Assembly: GCA_963668175.1 (NCBI GenBank)
Contig: OY764159.1
Coordinates: forward strand, 2,368,001 to 2,432,000
DNA: 64,000 nt
Source of the DNA: Syntrophales bacterium
GTDB taxonomy: Bacteria > Desulfobacterota > Syntrophia > Syntrophales > PHBD01
Reading direction: 5' to 3'
Made by a program: the position numbers and the translations under genes. The notes beneath the pieces are model-generated. The model saw nothing but the letters and a program-made list of their open reading frames with translations. It was not told where the DNA came from and did no database searches. Below are positions 19,214 through 29,200 of this stretch, one piece after another (the stretch's first letter is position 1; each line of letters opens with the position of its first letter).

Positions 19214-19972
19214 CTAATAGAGTTTGATAGAGCGTTTTAATTGAATATTGGTATCTTGGTACGTAATCGGAGGTGTCTCATTCCAGTAACGGCCGTCAAG
19301 AAGCCGTCCTGCCTTTTTCTTGTTAGGTCCTCCCCATTGCTTGAAAAAGAAAGAAACGCCATTAGATACACACTCATCCCTGATTTCGCGAACCCAGTCA
19401 GAATTCATTTCTCGTGCGCGTGTACCTGATTCACCGCCGACGATAACCCAATTGATACCCGACAGGTTCAAGCGACTCATGGGACCGAGAAGAGGCTCAA
19501 AAGAGATGAACTTTGTTTTGGCGGAACATTGCCGCAGGATATCAATACGTTGAAGATAAGAGTATTCTTCCACTGTCACGCCCATCCAAATATTATCTGC
19601 CCAAAATAATTCATCATTTAATTCCATAAGCCGATTTGCCCTTTTTGTTAGGACTTGAAAGCTGTGCCAGTGTGCAAGCTTCATTGTTTTGAAGACCTTA
19701 AGTATGAATTCAGTCGGTACATCAGGGTGGAACAAATCGCTCATCGAATTAACAAAGATTCTTTTCGGCGTTTTCCAGCTTAAAGGAAGAGCCAACATAT
19801 GTTCATGAACTGTCAATTTAAAACCATTCCTATAATTTATTTGCCCCATCGCTTTAAGCCGGTTTGACATAACCTCGGCATAACAATTATTGCAGCCAAG
19901 ACTGATCTTGTCGCATCCAGTACAGGGATTCCATGTAGCTTGCGTCCATTCGATTTTTGATTCAATACCCAT
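19214..19972 (-). CDS. DUF5131 / phage Gp37-Gp68 family radical-SAM-like three-Cys protein
   Basis: SKIEWT..TWNP.TGCDKISLGCNNCYA, FVNSMSDLFH, SFEPLLG, WVIVGGESG, FFFKQWGG. Confidence 0.92.
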   Translation of the reverse strand: MGIESKIEWTQATWNPCTGCDKISLGCNNCYAEVMSNRLKAMGQINYRNGFKLTVHEHMLALPLSWKTPKRIFVNSMSDLFHPDVPTEFILKVFKTMKLAHWHSFQVLTKRANRLMELNDELFWADNIWMGVTVEEYSYLQRIDILRQCSAKTKFISFEPLLGPMSRLNLSGINWVIVGGESGTRAREMNSDWVREIRDECVSNGVSFFFKQWGGPNKKKAGRLLDGRYWNETPPITYQDTNIQLKRSIKLY

Positions 19973-19973
19973 T

Positions 19974-21089
19974 CTATCCTCGTTTCGGAAAGGAAACTCT
20001 TATATGATCCGCAAACCCACGAGAAACTTTCCGTCCATGTGTTTGGATTTTGCCAGATCGTTCCATCTTTATGAGCGCATCTTTATAATTCTTTGAAATA
20101 AACGGCCTGTCTACGCTATGGTCTTCATATATTCTACGCATTGTAAGCGTCTGACCTGCATACTCTTCTAGAAGCATATCCTCCAAGTCATCGAGAGGGC
20201 GATTTAATTCGAAAAGAAACATCTGTCTATTATTTGCTGCCGGACTGAAAGTGAAAGATGAAATCCCCTGATTTATTTCTGAGCTTGCCTTTGACATGAC
20301 ATCTTTCATCACTTCGTATCCTTTGAATTTTTTACTGACAAAAATCAAATGATGAGTTGTTCGTTTACCATTCGAATTTTTAAAGCAGAAGGGCAAGACA
20401 TACCGATGCCCAAAAGCTTTGAGAGCAAGGCTTAACTCATTTACAATTGTAGCTTCTCTCTCCATTGGCGTCAATGTTTCTAATTCATCTCTTAATTTCT
20501 CAGAGCGTTCAGGACCAAATAACGCGGCCATATGCTCCTGAACCATTGGGTTGCTGAGTCCCGCATTTATTCTGGAATAATTGAAAAAAAAGATACAATC
20601 ACAACCCCAATCTTTCAAGAAGGCATCAACCAGTCGAAGAGACAGGCCCTTATAGCCCCATGGATCGATGAAGGCAAGCATTGGTATTTTGTCAATTTGT
20701 TCAAATTCTGAAGCTATCTGATCTCCAACCTCTTCATTCCATATGATCGGTTGGTGCACAAGTTTTTCTATATTTGGAAGCTCATTTATCGCAGCCGAGA
20801 GACTTCGAATTTTCTCTTCATCTTTGTCATTGAATACTGTTACAAGTCTCCTCGAATAGACAGGATTTTCTAATGCCTTCATAAGCACTCGAAGTGGTGT
20901 TGATATCGCACCATCTTTATATCGCCCCGGTCCGGCAAATAGGTCAACGTAGCCGATTCGATTGTCGCCTCCGAAACGATTCTGCGTCGCAGTAATTATG
21001 CCCGCCCAGGCGTCGAAATATTTCTCGACAATTTCAGCTTTAACAATGGATTGTTCTCTCGACTCATCAAAAAACTTCTTTTTCACCAT
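19974..21089 (-). CDS. tcmP: Three-Cys-motif partner protein (methyltransferase-like with C-terminal wHTH)
   Basis: K..IVEKYFDAW, YVDLFAGPGRY, FIDPWG; AGGAGG RBS; stop lies 1 nt before the DUF5131 start. Confidence 0.85.
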   Translation of the reverse strand: MVKKKFFDESREQSIVKAEIVEKYFDAWAGIITATQNRFGGDNRIGYVDLFAGPGRYKDGAISTPLRVLMKALENPVYSRRLVTVFNDKDEEKIRSLSAAINELPNIEKLVHQPIIWNEEVGDQIASEFEQIDKIPMLAFIDPWGYKGLSLRLVDAFLKDWGCDCIFFFNYSRINAGLSNPMVQEHMAALFGPERSEKLRDELETLTPMEREATIVNELSLALKAFGHRYVLPFCFKNSNGKRTTHHLIFVSKKFKGYEVMKDVMSKASSEINQGISSFTFSPAANNRQMFLFELNRPLDDLEDMLLEEYAGQTLTMRRIYEDHSVDRPFISKNYKDALIKMERSGKIQTHGRKVSRGFADHIRVSFPKRG

Positions 21090-21195
21090 TTTTTTCCTCC
21101 TAACAATCTGTGGAGACGGAGAGCCGCCATCAATAACCAAATATCTGTCTCAAGTAATCAATCGCGATAGGATTGGTGTGAATGTTTTCATACAA

Positions 21196-21230
21196 GAAAC
21201 CCCGCGCTTTCTAGTGAGCTACGGGGCTTC
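21196..21230 (-). promoter_or_regulatory. Hairpin in the long tcmP leader (possible attenuator)
   Basis: Minus strand GAAGCCCCG-N17-CGGGGTTTC then TTGT; TTGACT-N16-TATACT promoter-like site upstream (about 21317-21344). Confidence 0.4.
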
Positions 21231-21563
21231 GTGACGTCGATCCATTTTTCGCCTCTCAAGTTCATTGAAAAGGGAAACCGGTTCTGTCCTTAGGATACTC
21301 CTGAAATGTATAAGGAAAGTATACCGGAATTCGCGAATAGTCAAGCCATTTGCTGACGAATACTGCCTTTCTGCCGATGCTGTCGTCTACGGGGGACGGG
21401 GTCGGGAGAAGTAGCGAGCGGGGCGGACGGGGCGGGCAGGGGACCGCCACACGCCGCGCCTCCCAAATTTGCTTAATTAACCGCTGGACAAGTAACTTTA
21501 CTCATGGTATGTAAATGACCGGTGGTAAGTTGTTTCCGATCCATAAAGAATGGAGGAAGAGCG

Positions 21564-22232
21564 ATGCCGCACAGTCAGGACGAACATAAGGCGGTCTGCC
21601 GCCAGAGGCGCGAGCGGGAAAAGAGCCAGCGGATTCAAAGCATCCTCGACGCCGCCCGCAGGGTCTTTGCATCCAGGGGCTACCTGAAATCGACCATGGA
21701 CGAAATCGCCATGGCCGCCGAGATCACGAAGCCCACGGTCTACCTCTATTTCAGGACCAAGGACGACCTGCTCCTCAGCCTCATGCAGCCCCTCATCGAC
21801 GACATCCGGGGCGAGTTGGAAAGCGTCGAGGCGAGGCTCGATGCCGGGAAGATCGGCGACGGCGGCGTCCTTTTCGACGGCATCGTCACGGCCTTCTACC
21901 ACGGCTACGAATCCCTGCCGGAGACGTTCCGCGTCGTGCAGCTCTTCCAGCAGCGGGACCTGATCGGCGAGCTTCGGCCCGAAATCCGCGCGGCCCTCGA
22001 CGACAGGGGCCGGATCAACTTCGACATCTGCCGCCGCCTCCTGACGAAGGGCATGGAAAGGGGCCTGATCGGGCCGGTGAACGTCCATGCGATGGCGGAC
22101 CTGATCTGGGCGCTGGTGGTCGGCGTGATCCAACTGGAGGACTTCAAGGGCGACGAACGGAAGGGGCATCGGTTGAAAAGAAAAACGTTCGCGCTGGCGA
22201 AACGCCTGATGGCGGATGCGCTGGCTCTGTGA
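21564..22232 (+). CDS. TetR/AcrR family transcriptional regulator
   Basis: ILDAARRVF..GY..STMDEIA..AEITKPTVYLYFRTKDDL HTH; GGAGG RBS. Confidence 0.93.
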   Translation: MPHSQDEHKAVCRQRREREKSQRIQSILDAARRVFASRGYLKSTMDEIAMAAEITKPTVYLYFRTKDDLLLSLMQPLIDDIRGELESVEARLDAGKIGDGGVLFDGIVTAFYHGYESLPETFRVVQLFQQRDLIGELRPEIRAALDDRGRINFDICRRLLTKGMERGLIGPVNVHAMADLIWALVVGVIQLEDFKGDERKGHRLKRKTFALAKRLMADALAL

Positions 22233-22297
22233 ACGTCGGAATATGAACGCACCGGAGAAACCGGCGAAACGATAAAAAAGGGGGGGAAAGACCAGGC

Positions 22298-24484
22298 ATG
22301 AACAGGAAGTATGTCGGCGAAAAACTCGAACGTGCCCGCAGGGAAGGGCGGCTGATGCTGACGGAGGCGGAATCGAAGGCAGTGCTGGCCGCATACGGCA
22401 TTCCCGTGGTGGAAGAGGCCGTGGCCGCGAGCGAGGACGACGCCGTCGCCCGCGCGAAGGGCATGGGGTTTCCCGTCGTCCTCAAGGGCCACGGAGCAAG
22501 GCTTGCCCACAAGACGGAACGGGGGCTGGTCAAGCTCAACCTGCGCTCCGTGACGGAAGTGCGCCGCGCCTACCGCCGGATCAAAACGGCCGCGGGCGGC
22601 GACTGGGAAGGGTGCCTCGTGCAGCCGCAGGTCGAGGGAAGGCGCGAATTCGTCGCCGGCATGTTCCGGGACCCCCAGTTCGGCCCGACGGTGATGTTCG
22701 GCCTTGGCGGCGTTTTCGCCGAGGCCCTGGCCGATGCGGCTTTTTGCATCGCGCCGCTTTCCGACGTCCAGGCCGACGACCTCCTCGACGACATCAGGGG
22801 CGCAAAGCTCCTGGGCGATTTTCGCGGGGAGAAGGCGGCGGACCGGACGGAACTGCGCCGCGTGCTCAAGGGCCTTTCGCAACTGAGCCTGGACCGCCCG
22901 GAAATCGCGGAGGTGGACATCAACCCCCTCATCGTCGCACCCGACGGCCGGGTGAAGGCCGTGGACGCCCTCGTCGTCCTGTCCGAAAACGGCGTTTCCG
23001 CAGCGGACGGGCCGGGGGAAGGAGTCCCGGAAGCGGAGGCCCTGGCGATCCGCCGGGACCTCGACGCCGCCTTCAACGCCAAATCCGTCGCCGTTGTGGG
23101 CGCTGCGCCTCCCAGGGAGAAGGGTTTCATGGGTATGTATGCCTGCGTTCGCGATTTCGGCTACGCCGGGCGGCTCTATCCCGTCAACCCCAACCTGGAC
23201 GAGATCGACGGCGTCAAGGCCTATCCGGACCTTGTGTCCCTGCCGGAGCCGGTGGACCTGGTCGTCGTCTCCGTCCCGGCTCCCCATGTGCCGGACGTGC
23301 TCCGGGATTGCGTCGCCGCGGGCTGCAAGACCGTCCACATCTTCACCGCCGGTTTCAGGGAAACGGGGGAGCCGGAAGGCATCCGGCTGCAGGAGGAAAT
23401 GGAGAAGATCGCGCGGGAAGGCGGCCTGCGGGTGATCGGCCCCAATTGCATGGGGGTTTTCGCGCCCAGGACGCAGCTCGTAACGTGGCCGGCGGCCCTG
23501 AAGGGAGCCGGTTCGCTGGCGTTTGTCAGCCAGAGCGGGGGCAACGCGCAGGAATTCACGAAGTATGCGGCCTCACGCTACGGCATCCATTTCAGCAAGG
23601 CCGTGAGCTACGGAAATGCGCTCACGCTCGACGGCGCGGATTTCCTCGATTACCTGTCCCGCGACGATGAAACGGAGATCGTCGGCATGTATATCGAAGG
23701 CGTGAAGGACGGCCGGCGGTTCCTGAAAATGGTCGGGGAGACCAACCGTCGCAAACCCGTCATCATCTTCAAGGGCGGGCTGTCCGAAACGGGCGCCCGG
23801 GCCGTATCCTCCCACACGGGGGCCCTGGCGGGCGGCGCAAAGATCTGGCGGGCCTTCTTCCGGCAGACGGGAGCGGTGCCCGTCGATTCGATCGAAGAGA
23901 TGGCCGATGTCGCCCTGGCCTTCCATTGCCTGAAGGAGATACGGGGAAACAGGACATGCGTTCTGGGATACGGAGGGGGATCGGTCGTCTCCGTGGCGGA
24001 CAACTGCGCGAAAGCGGGGCTGACGCTGCCCGCCTTTTCGCCGGCCCTGTTCGGCGAGGTGAGGAAACTGGTCCCGCCCGTAGGCGCCATGATCCGCAAC
24101 CCGATCGATGCGGCCGTGGCCTTCCAGGATGTCGACGTCATGGGGAATATCCTGCGGCTGCTCGCCGCGTCGGACGAGATCGACAACATCATCGTATTCG
24201 TGCCTATCGACTGGCTGATGAACGAGGGCGACGGCGGCGGCCGGCATATCGAGAAGGTCGCGCGTTTCCTGGCCGGGCAAGGGCGGAAGCTGGCCGGAGG
24301 CAAACCCGTCGTGGGCGTATGGAGACAGTTCGTTCCCGATCCGGAGAACCGGAAATGGGTGCCTGTCCTGGAAGAGATATTGCTCTCGGCGGGAATTCCC
24401 GTCTACAAGGGCGTGCCCAGGGCGGTCAACGCCCTCGCCAAAGCGGCCGCCTATTACGCCTTTCAAGAGCGCCGCGGTTCGTGA
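22298..24484 (+). CDS. ADP-forming acetate/acyl-CoA ligase (fused ATP-grasp plus CoA-binding/ligase domains)
   Basis: LTEAESKAVLAAYGIP, HKTERG, EVDINPL, YPVNP, IGPNCMG, SQSGG, phospho-His motif SSHTGALAG. Confidence 0.9.
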   Translation: MNRKYVGEKLERARREGRLMLTEAESKAVLAAYGIPVVEEAVAASEDDAVARAKGMGFPVVLKGHGARLAHKTERGLVKLNLRSVTEVRRAYRRIKTAAGGDWEGCLVQPQVEGRREFVAGMFRDPQFGPTVMFGLGGVFAEALADAAFCIAPLSDVQADDLLDDIRGAKLLGDFRGEKAADRTELRRVLKGLSQLSLDRPEIAEVDINPLIVAPDGRVKAVDALVVLSENGVSAADGPGEGVPEAEALAIRRDLDAAFNAKSVAVVGAAPPREKGFMGMYACVRDFGYAGRLYPVNPNLDEIDGVKAYPDLVSLPEPVDLVVVSVPAPHVPDVLRDCVAAGCKTVHIFTAGFRETGEPEGIRLQEEMEKIAREGGLRVIGPNCMGVFAPRTQLVTWPAALKGAGSLAFVSQSGGNAQEFTKYAASRYGIHFSKAVSYGNALTLDGADFLDYLSRDDETEIVGMYIEGVKDGRRFLKMVGETNRRKPVIIFKGGLSETGARAVSSHTGALAGGAKIWRAFFRQTGAVPVDSIEEMADVALAFHCLKEIRGNRTCVLGYGGGSVVSVADNCAKAGLTLPAFSPALFGEVRKLVPPVGAMIRNPIDAAVAFQDVDVMGNILRLLAASDEIDNIIVFVPIDWLMNEGDGGGRHIEKVARFLAGQGRKLAGGKPVVGVWRQFVPDPENRKWVPVLEEILLSAGIPVYKGVPRAVNALAKAAAYYAFQERRGS

Positions 24485-24553
24485 GGGAATTCGTCTCCGG
24501 CTGCATCGCCGTCGCGTCAGCCGTGAGGGGCGGCGCGGCATGCTGAATTTTCG

Positions 24554-25999
24554 TTACTTTTCCCCGGCGGCGTTCCTGCCCGCGATGCGGCCGAAGACGA
24601 CGCAGTCCGCCGTGGCGTTGCCGCCCAGGCGGTTGGCTCCGTGGATGCCGCCGGCGACCTCGCCCGCCGCGTACAGCCGGGGGATCGGGTCGCCCCAGAT
24701 GTCGATCACCCGCGCCTGCGTGTCGATCCGCAGGCCGCCCATGGTGTGGTGGATGGAGGGCCATTGGGCGACGCCGTAGAAGGGGCCCTCGGCAAGGGGG
24801 ATCATCTGGCCGGTGATCGGCTTGTTGAAATCGGTGTCCTTGCCGCCGGCAAGGAAGCGGTTGTGTTTTGCAATCGTCTCCGCGAGCGTTCCGGGCGGCA
24901 GTCCCATCCTTTCCGCCAGCTCCTCCACGGTATCCGCCCGCCACAGGCGCTTCCGGGCGATCCCCCTTTCGATCTGCTCCGGGGTCGTCATCATCGGCAC
25001 CATCGGCTGGTTGAAGATCGTGTAGGCCGGTTTCCCGCCCAGCCGGATTTCGGCGCGGGAGACGACGTCGCGCCGCTCCATCTCGCTGACGAAGCGCCTG
25101 CCTTCCCGGTCGACGAAAACGGCCCCGTTGCTGGGGGCCCGCGACGGGTAGAGGGCCCAGGCGTCGAGGACGCCCCGGTTGGGCTCCGCCGTCGGGTAGA
25201 GCTGGATGAAGGCCAGGTGCAGCGCGTCGGCTCCGACGGCCCGGGCGTAGCGGATCATCTCCCCTGTGGCCCCGGGATGGTTGGTGGTCGTGTACTCGGG
25301 GCCGAGGCTCGGGTTGAGGGACATCCGCATGGCGATGTCGCGGCTGAAGCCGCCGGAGGCCAGGACGACGGCCCTGCGCGCCTTCATGTTCAGAAAGCGG
25401 TCGCCGGTTTTTATCCGGACGCCGAGAACGGGACCTTCCCAGCCCCGCCGCCATATCCAGGTGACCTCGCTCTCCAGGCGCAGCGCTGCGCCGTTACGTC
25501 CGGCGATCCTCTTCAAGGCCTGGACAAAGGATTTGCCCTTTCCGTCGCTGCTGACGTGGCTCCGGTAGGCGGAATGGCCGCCGATGCGGTTCAGCATGGG
25601 GCGAAGCTCCAGGCCGCCCTCGTCCATCATCCAGGCAAGGGCATTCGGGGACTCGTCCACAAGGATACGGACCAGGGCGGGGTTGTTGTAATAGTCGCCC
25701 CCCTTCATGGTGTCCTCGAAATGGAGCTGGGCGCTGTCTTCGCCACGGTTCAACCGACGGCGGAGGTCGAGCTTGTCCGTCCAGGCGCAGTAGCCGCCGC
25801 CGCTGATGATGGAATTGCCGCCGTAGACCGGCCTCTTGTCGACGACGAGCACCCTGCCGCCGCGGGCAGCCGTCTCCGCTGCGGCCGCGAACCCGGCAAA
25901 CCCGGAGCCGGCGACGATAACGTCGTATTCCTCGTCCCATTCGGACGGCGGCTCCTTCATGCCGCGCCCGACGCCTGCCTGCGTATCCGTTCCGTTCAA
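24554..25999 (-). CDS. Flavocytochrome c flavoprotein without Tat signal (fumarate/urocanate-reductase-like)
   Basis: AAGGAGG RBS plus TTG at 25999 (alternative ATG 25960); GSGFAG, GGNS, IQLYPT, ERRD, IHHTMGG, NRLGGNA. Confidence 0.88.
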   Translation of the reverse strand: MNGTDTQAGVGRGMKEPPSEWDEEYDVIVAGSGFAGFAAAAETAARGGRVLVVDKRPVYGGNSIISGGGYCAWTDKLDLRRRLNRGEDSAQLHFEDTMKGGDYYNNPALVRILVDESPNALAWMMDEGGLELRPMLNRIGGHSAYRSHVSSDGKGKSFVQALKRIAGRNGAALRLESEVTWIWRRGWEGPVLGVRIKTGDRFLNMKARRAVVLASGGFSRDIAMRMSLNPSLGPEYTTTNHPGATGEMIRYARAVGADALHLAFIQLYPTAEPNRGVLDAWALYPSRAPSNGAVFVDREGRRFVSEMERRDVVSRAEIRLGGKPAYTIFNQPMVPMMTTPEQIERGIARKRLWRADTVEELAERMGLPPGTLAETIAKHNRFLAGGKDTDFNKPITGQMIPLAEGPFYGVAQWPSIHHTMGGLRIDTQARVIDIWGDPIPRLYAAGEVAGGIHGANRLGGNATADCVVFGRIAGRNAAGEK

Positions 26000-26265
26000 A
26001 GGGGCCTCCTTTTTTAGCCGTTGGTTCAATGACCTGTCGATTTTTACACGGTCCGCTGTCCCCCTGTCAATTTTGAAATTGCGCGGCGTCGAAGGAAATA
26101 TCCGATGCGGAGCGAACGCGGCCCGCGGCCCTTGCGGCGGAGGGCCGCGGCTCTCACGGACGTTCTGCATGATTTGGCGGAAGAAACGCGGATGATGTTT
26201 TACGAGAGGGGGCTGGAAGCGGAGAAAGACGGCCCGGCGGCGTCCGGCGGAAGACGGGCCGACGG

Positions 26266-29200
26266 TCAGCGGGCGGGAGCCGCATCGCCCATGATCTTCT
26301 TTACGGCCTGGGCGATGACGGGAAGGGAGACGGGCTTCATGATGAATTCCCGGATGCCGATACGCTTCGCCTCGTCCTCGTCGATCCGTTCGCTGAATCC
26401 CGTGGTCATGATGATGGGGAGGTCCGGCCTGATCTTCAGCATCTCGCGGGCCAGATCGGCGCCGGTCATATTGGGCATCGTCATGTCCGTGATGACGAGG
26501 TCGAACCTTTCCGGCCGCTCCCTGAATTCCGACAGGGCGTCGAGGCTGCCGAACCGAGCGATCACGTCGTAGCCCAGGGAGGTCAGGATGTCCCTTTCCA
26601 TCGAGGCGATGAGGGCTTCGTCGTCGACCAGCAGGATGGAGCCGCTGCCTTTGGGGACGGTCGTGATCTCCTGGGAGTCGTTTTCGTTGCGGATGTCGAT
26701 CAGAGGCAGCAGGACCGTGAAGGTTGTCCCCCGGCCGGGTTCGCTTTCCATGGCGACCGCGCCGCCATGGTCCCGGACGATGCCGTACACGACGGACAGG
26801 CCCAGCCCCGTTCCCTCGCCCGGCTTCTTCGTGGTGAAAAAGGGATCGAAAATCTTCTCCCTGATGGCGGGGTCGATGCCCTCCCCGGTGTCGCGGACCG
26901 TCAGTTTCAGATAGCTTTCCTGGGTGAGGCGCACATCGTACGGCGGATGGTCGCCGGATATCCGTTCATGGCTTAAGATGACTTCCAGTATCCCTTCGCG
27001 GTCGCGCATGGCGTAGGCCGCGTTCGTGCACAGATTCATGATCAACTGATGGATCTGGACGGGGTCGGCAAGGACGGTGTCGAACCGGGTGTCGCTGTGC
27101 TGGCGGATTTCGATCGTGGTCGGTACGGACGACCGGAGGAGCTTCAGGGCCTCCTGGACGATCGGTGCGACGGCGACCGGCCTCTTCTCCTTTTCCCTCT
27201 GGCGGCTGAACGTGAGGATTTGCGATACAAGATCCTTCGCGCGGTTGCTGGCCTTGAGGACCTGATCCAGATAGCCGAGGATGGTGACGTCGGCCGTCTT
27301 GTATTTTGCCAGCTCGACGTAGCCCATCATCGCCCCCAGCATGTTGTTGAAGTCGTGGGCGATGCCGCCGGCCAGGGTGCCGATGGCCTCCAGTTTCTGC
27401 GCCTGGCGCAGCTGGTTTTCGAGCCTGACCGAATCGGTGACGTCCCTCTTCACGGAAACGTAACCCGTGTGCTCGCCTTCGGCGTTGACCATGGGGCTGA
27501 TCGTGACATCGTCCTGGATGAGCCTGCCGTCCCTGTGCCTGTTCGTGATGCGGCCGGTCCATATCCCGCCGCCCTTGATCGTATTCCACAGGTTTTCGTA
27601 GAAGGCCCGGTCGTGGACGCCGCTTGCCATCATGCTCGGGTTCTTCCCGAGCGCTTCCGCACGGGAATAGCCGGTGATCTTTTCGAAGGCGGGATTGACG
27701 TACCGGATGATCCCTTCCGGGTCGGTGATGACGACCTCCTCGGCGGCCTGCTCGACGGCGATGCTCAGCCGCTGCAGTTCCTCTTCCAGCCGTTTGTGTT
27801 CGGTGACGTCGCGGACCGTGATCGTGAAGCCGGAGATGACGGGATCGTCGTAGAGATTCCTCCCGACGCCCTCCATGATGAGGATGGTGCCGTTCTTATG
27901 CAGCAGGCGGAAGCTGTTGGGCACATCGCTGCCCGACGTCCCGGCAGCGGCCTCGAAATCCTTCGCGGCCCGGCGAAGGTCTTCCGGAACGATCAGGCTG
28001 AAACCGCTTGTTCCTGTCAATTCGTCGGGCCGATAGCCGAGAACGCGCTCCACCGAGGGGCTGCAATAGGTGATCGTTCCCAGTTTGTCCACGATGAAAA
28101 GGACGTCGACGGAATTCTCGGTGATCGCCCGGAAATATTTTTCGCTCCGCCGCAGGGCCTCCTCGGTCGCCTTGCGTTCCGTGATGTCGAGAATCTGCCC
28201 GATCGTAGTCACTTTGCCGGATGAGTCGCGTACGGCCACGGCGTTCGTCTCGAAATACAGCTTCCGTCCGCCCTTGGCGACGCCGACGAATTCGTAAGAG
28301 GAAGGCACCTCCCCGCCCTTCCGCCTTTCTTCGTAGCGCTTCGCGACGAGCGGCAGGCTCTCCTCGGCGACCAGGTTGCGCATATCCATGCCCATGAGCT
28401 CTTCGCGGGAATATCCGGATATCTCGCAGAGCTTGTCGTTTACGTAGGAGAAGCGGAAATCGTCGGCGGAAGTGTAGATGCCGGCATAGGACAGCTCCAC
28501 GATGGAGCGGAAGAGCCGCTCCGAATCATGGAGCTTCTTCTCGATGTTCTTGCGCTCCGTGATGTCCAGCCCCATGGAAAGAAGACAGGGTTCGCCCTCG
28601 ATGTTCACCAGTTCGCGCGACACGAGCAGCGTGGATATCCGGCCGTCTTTGCTTGTGGAGGTCACCTCCCTGCTCTTCACCGAGCGTTTCTCCCGGATTT
28701 CTTCGACGATCCCGCGCCAGGTATCCTCGTCGTAAATGCCAAGCTCTACGGGCGTGCGGGCGATGGCCTCCTCCCGCGTGTAGCCCGTGAGCTTCTCCCA
28801 GGCGTCGTTGACCTCCAGATGTTTCTGGGTGTCCATGTTGGCGATAGTGATCCAGGCCGGGCTGTTCCTGAATACCGTGGAGAACCTCTCCTCGATGATC
28901 CGCCGAGCCTTTTCCGCGCACTTGCGTTCGGTGACGTCCCTCGACACGCCGTGGATGCCGACCAGAGCGCCCCGGTCGTCGCGGATGGGATTCAGGACGC
29001 TTTCCATCCATAAGGCGGACCCGTCCTTGTGGAGGAATTGGAGGTCGACCTTGACACTCCTGTCGGGGTCCGCGCCGCCCGTATGCTCCCGCTCAAACTC
29101 GGCGGCGAGGATGGCCATGCCTTCGGCGAAAGATTCGGGCGCGACCCGTTCGCGGAAAGGGCGGCTCCGGTATTCGTCCGGCGTGAAGCCCAACGTTCCA

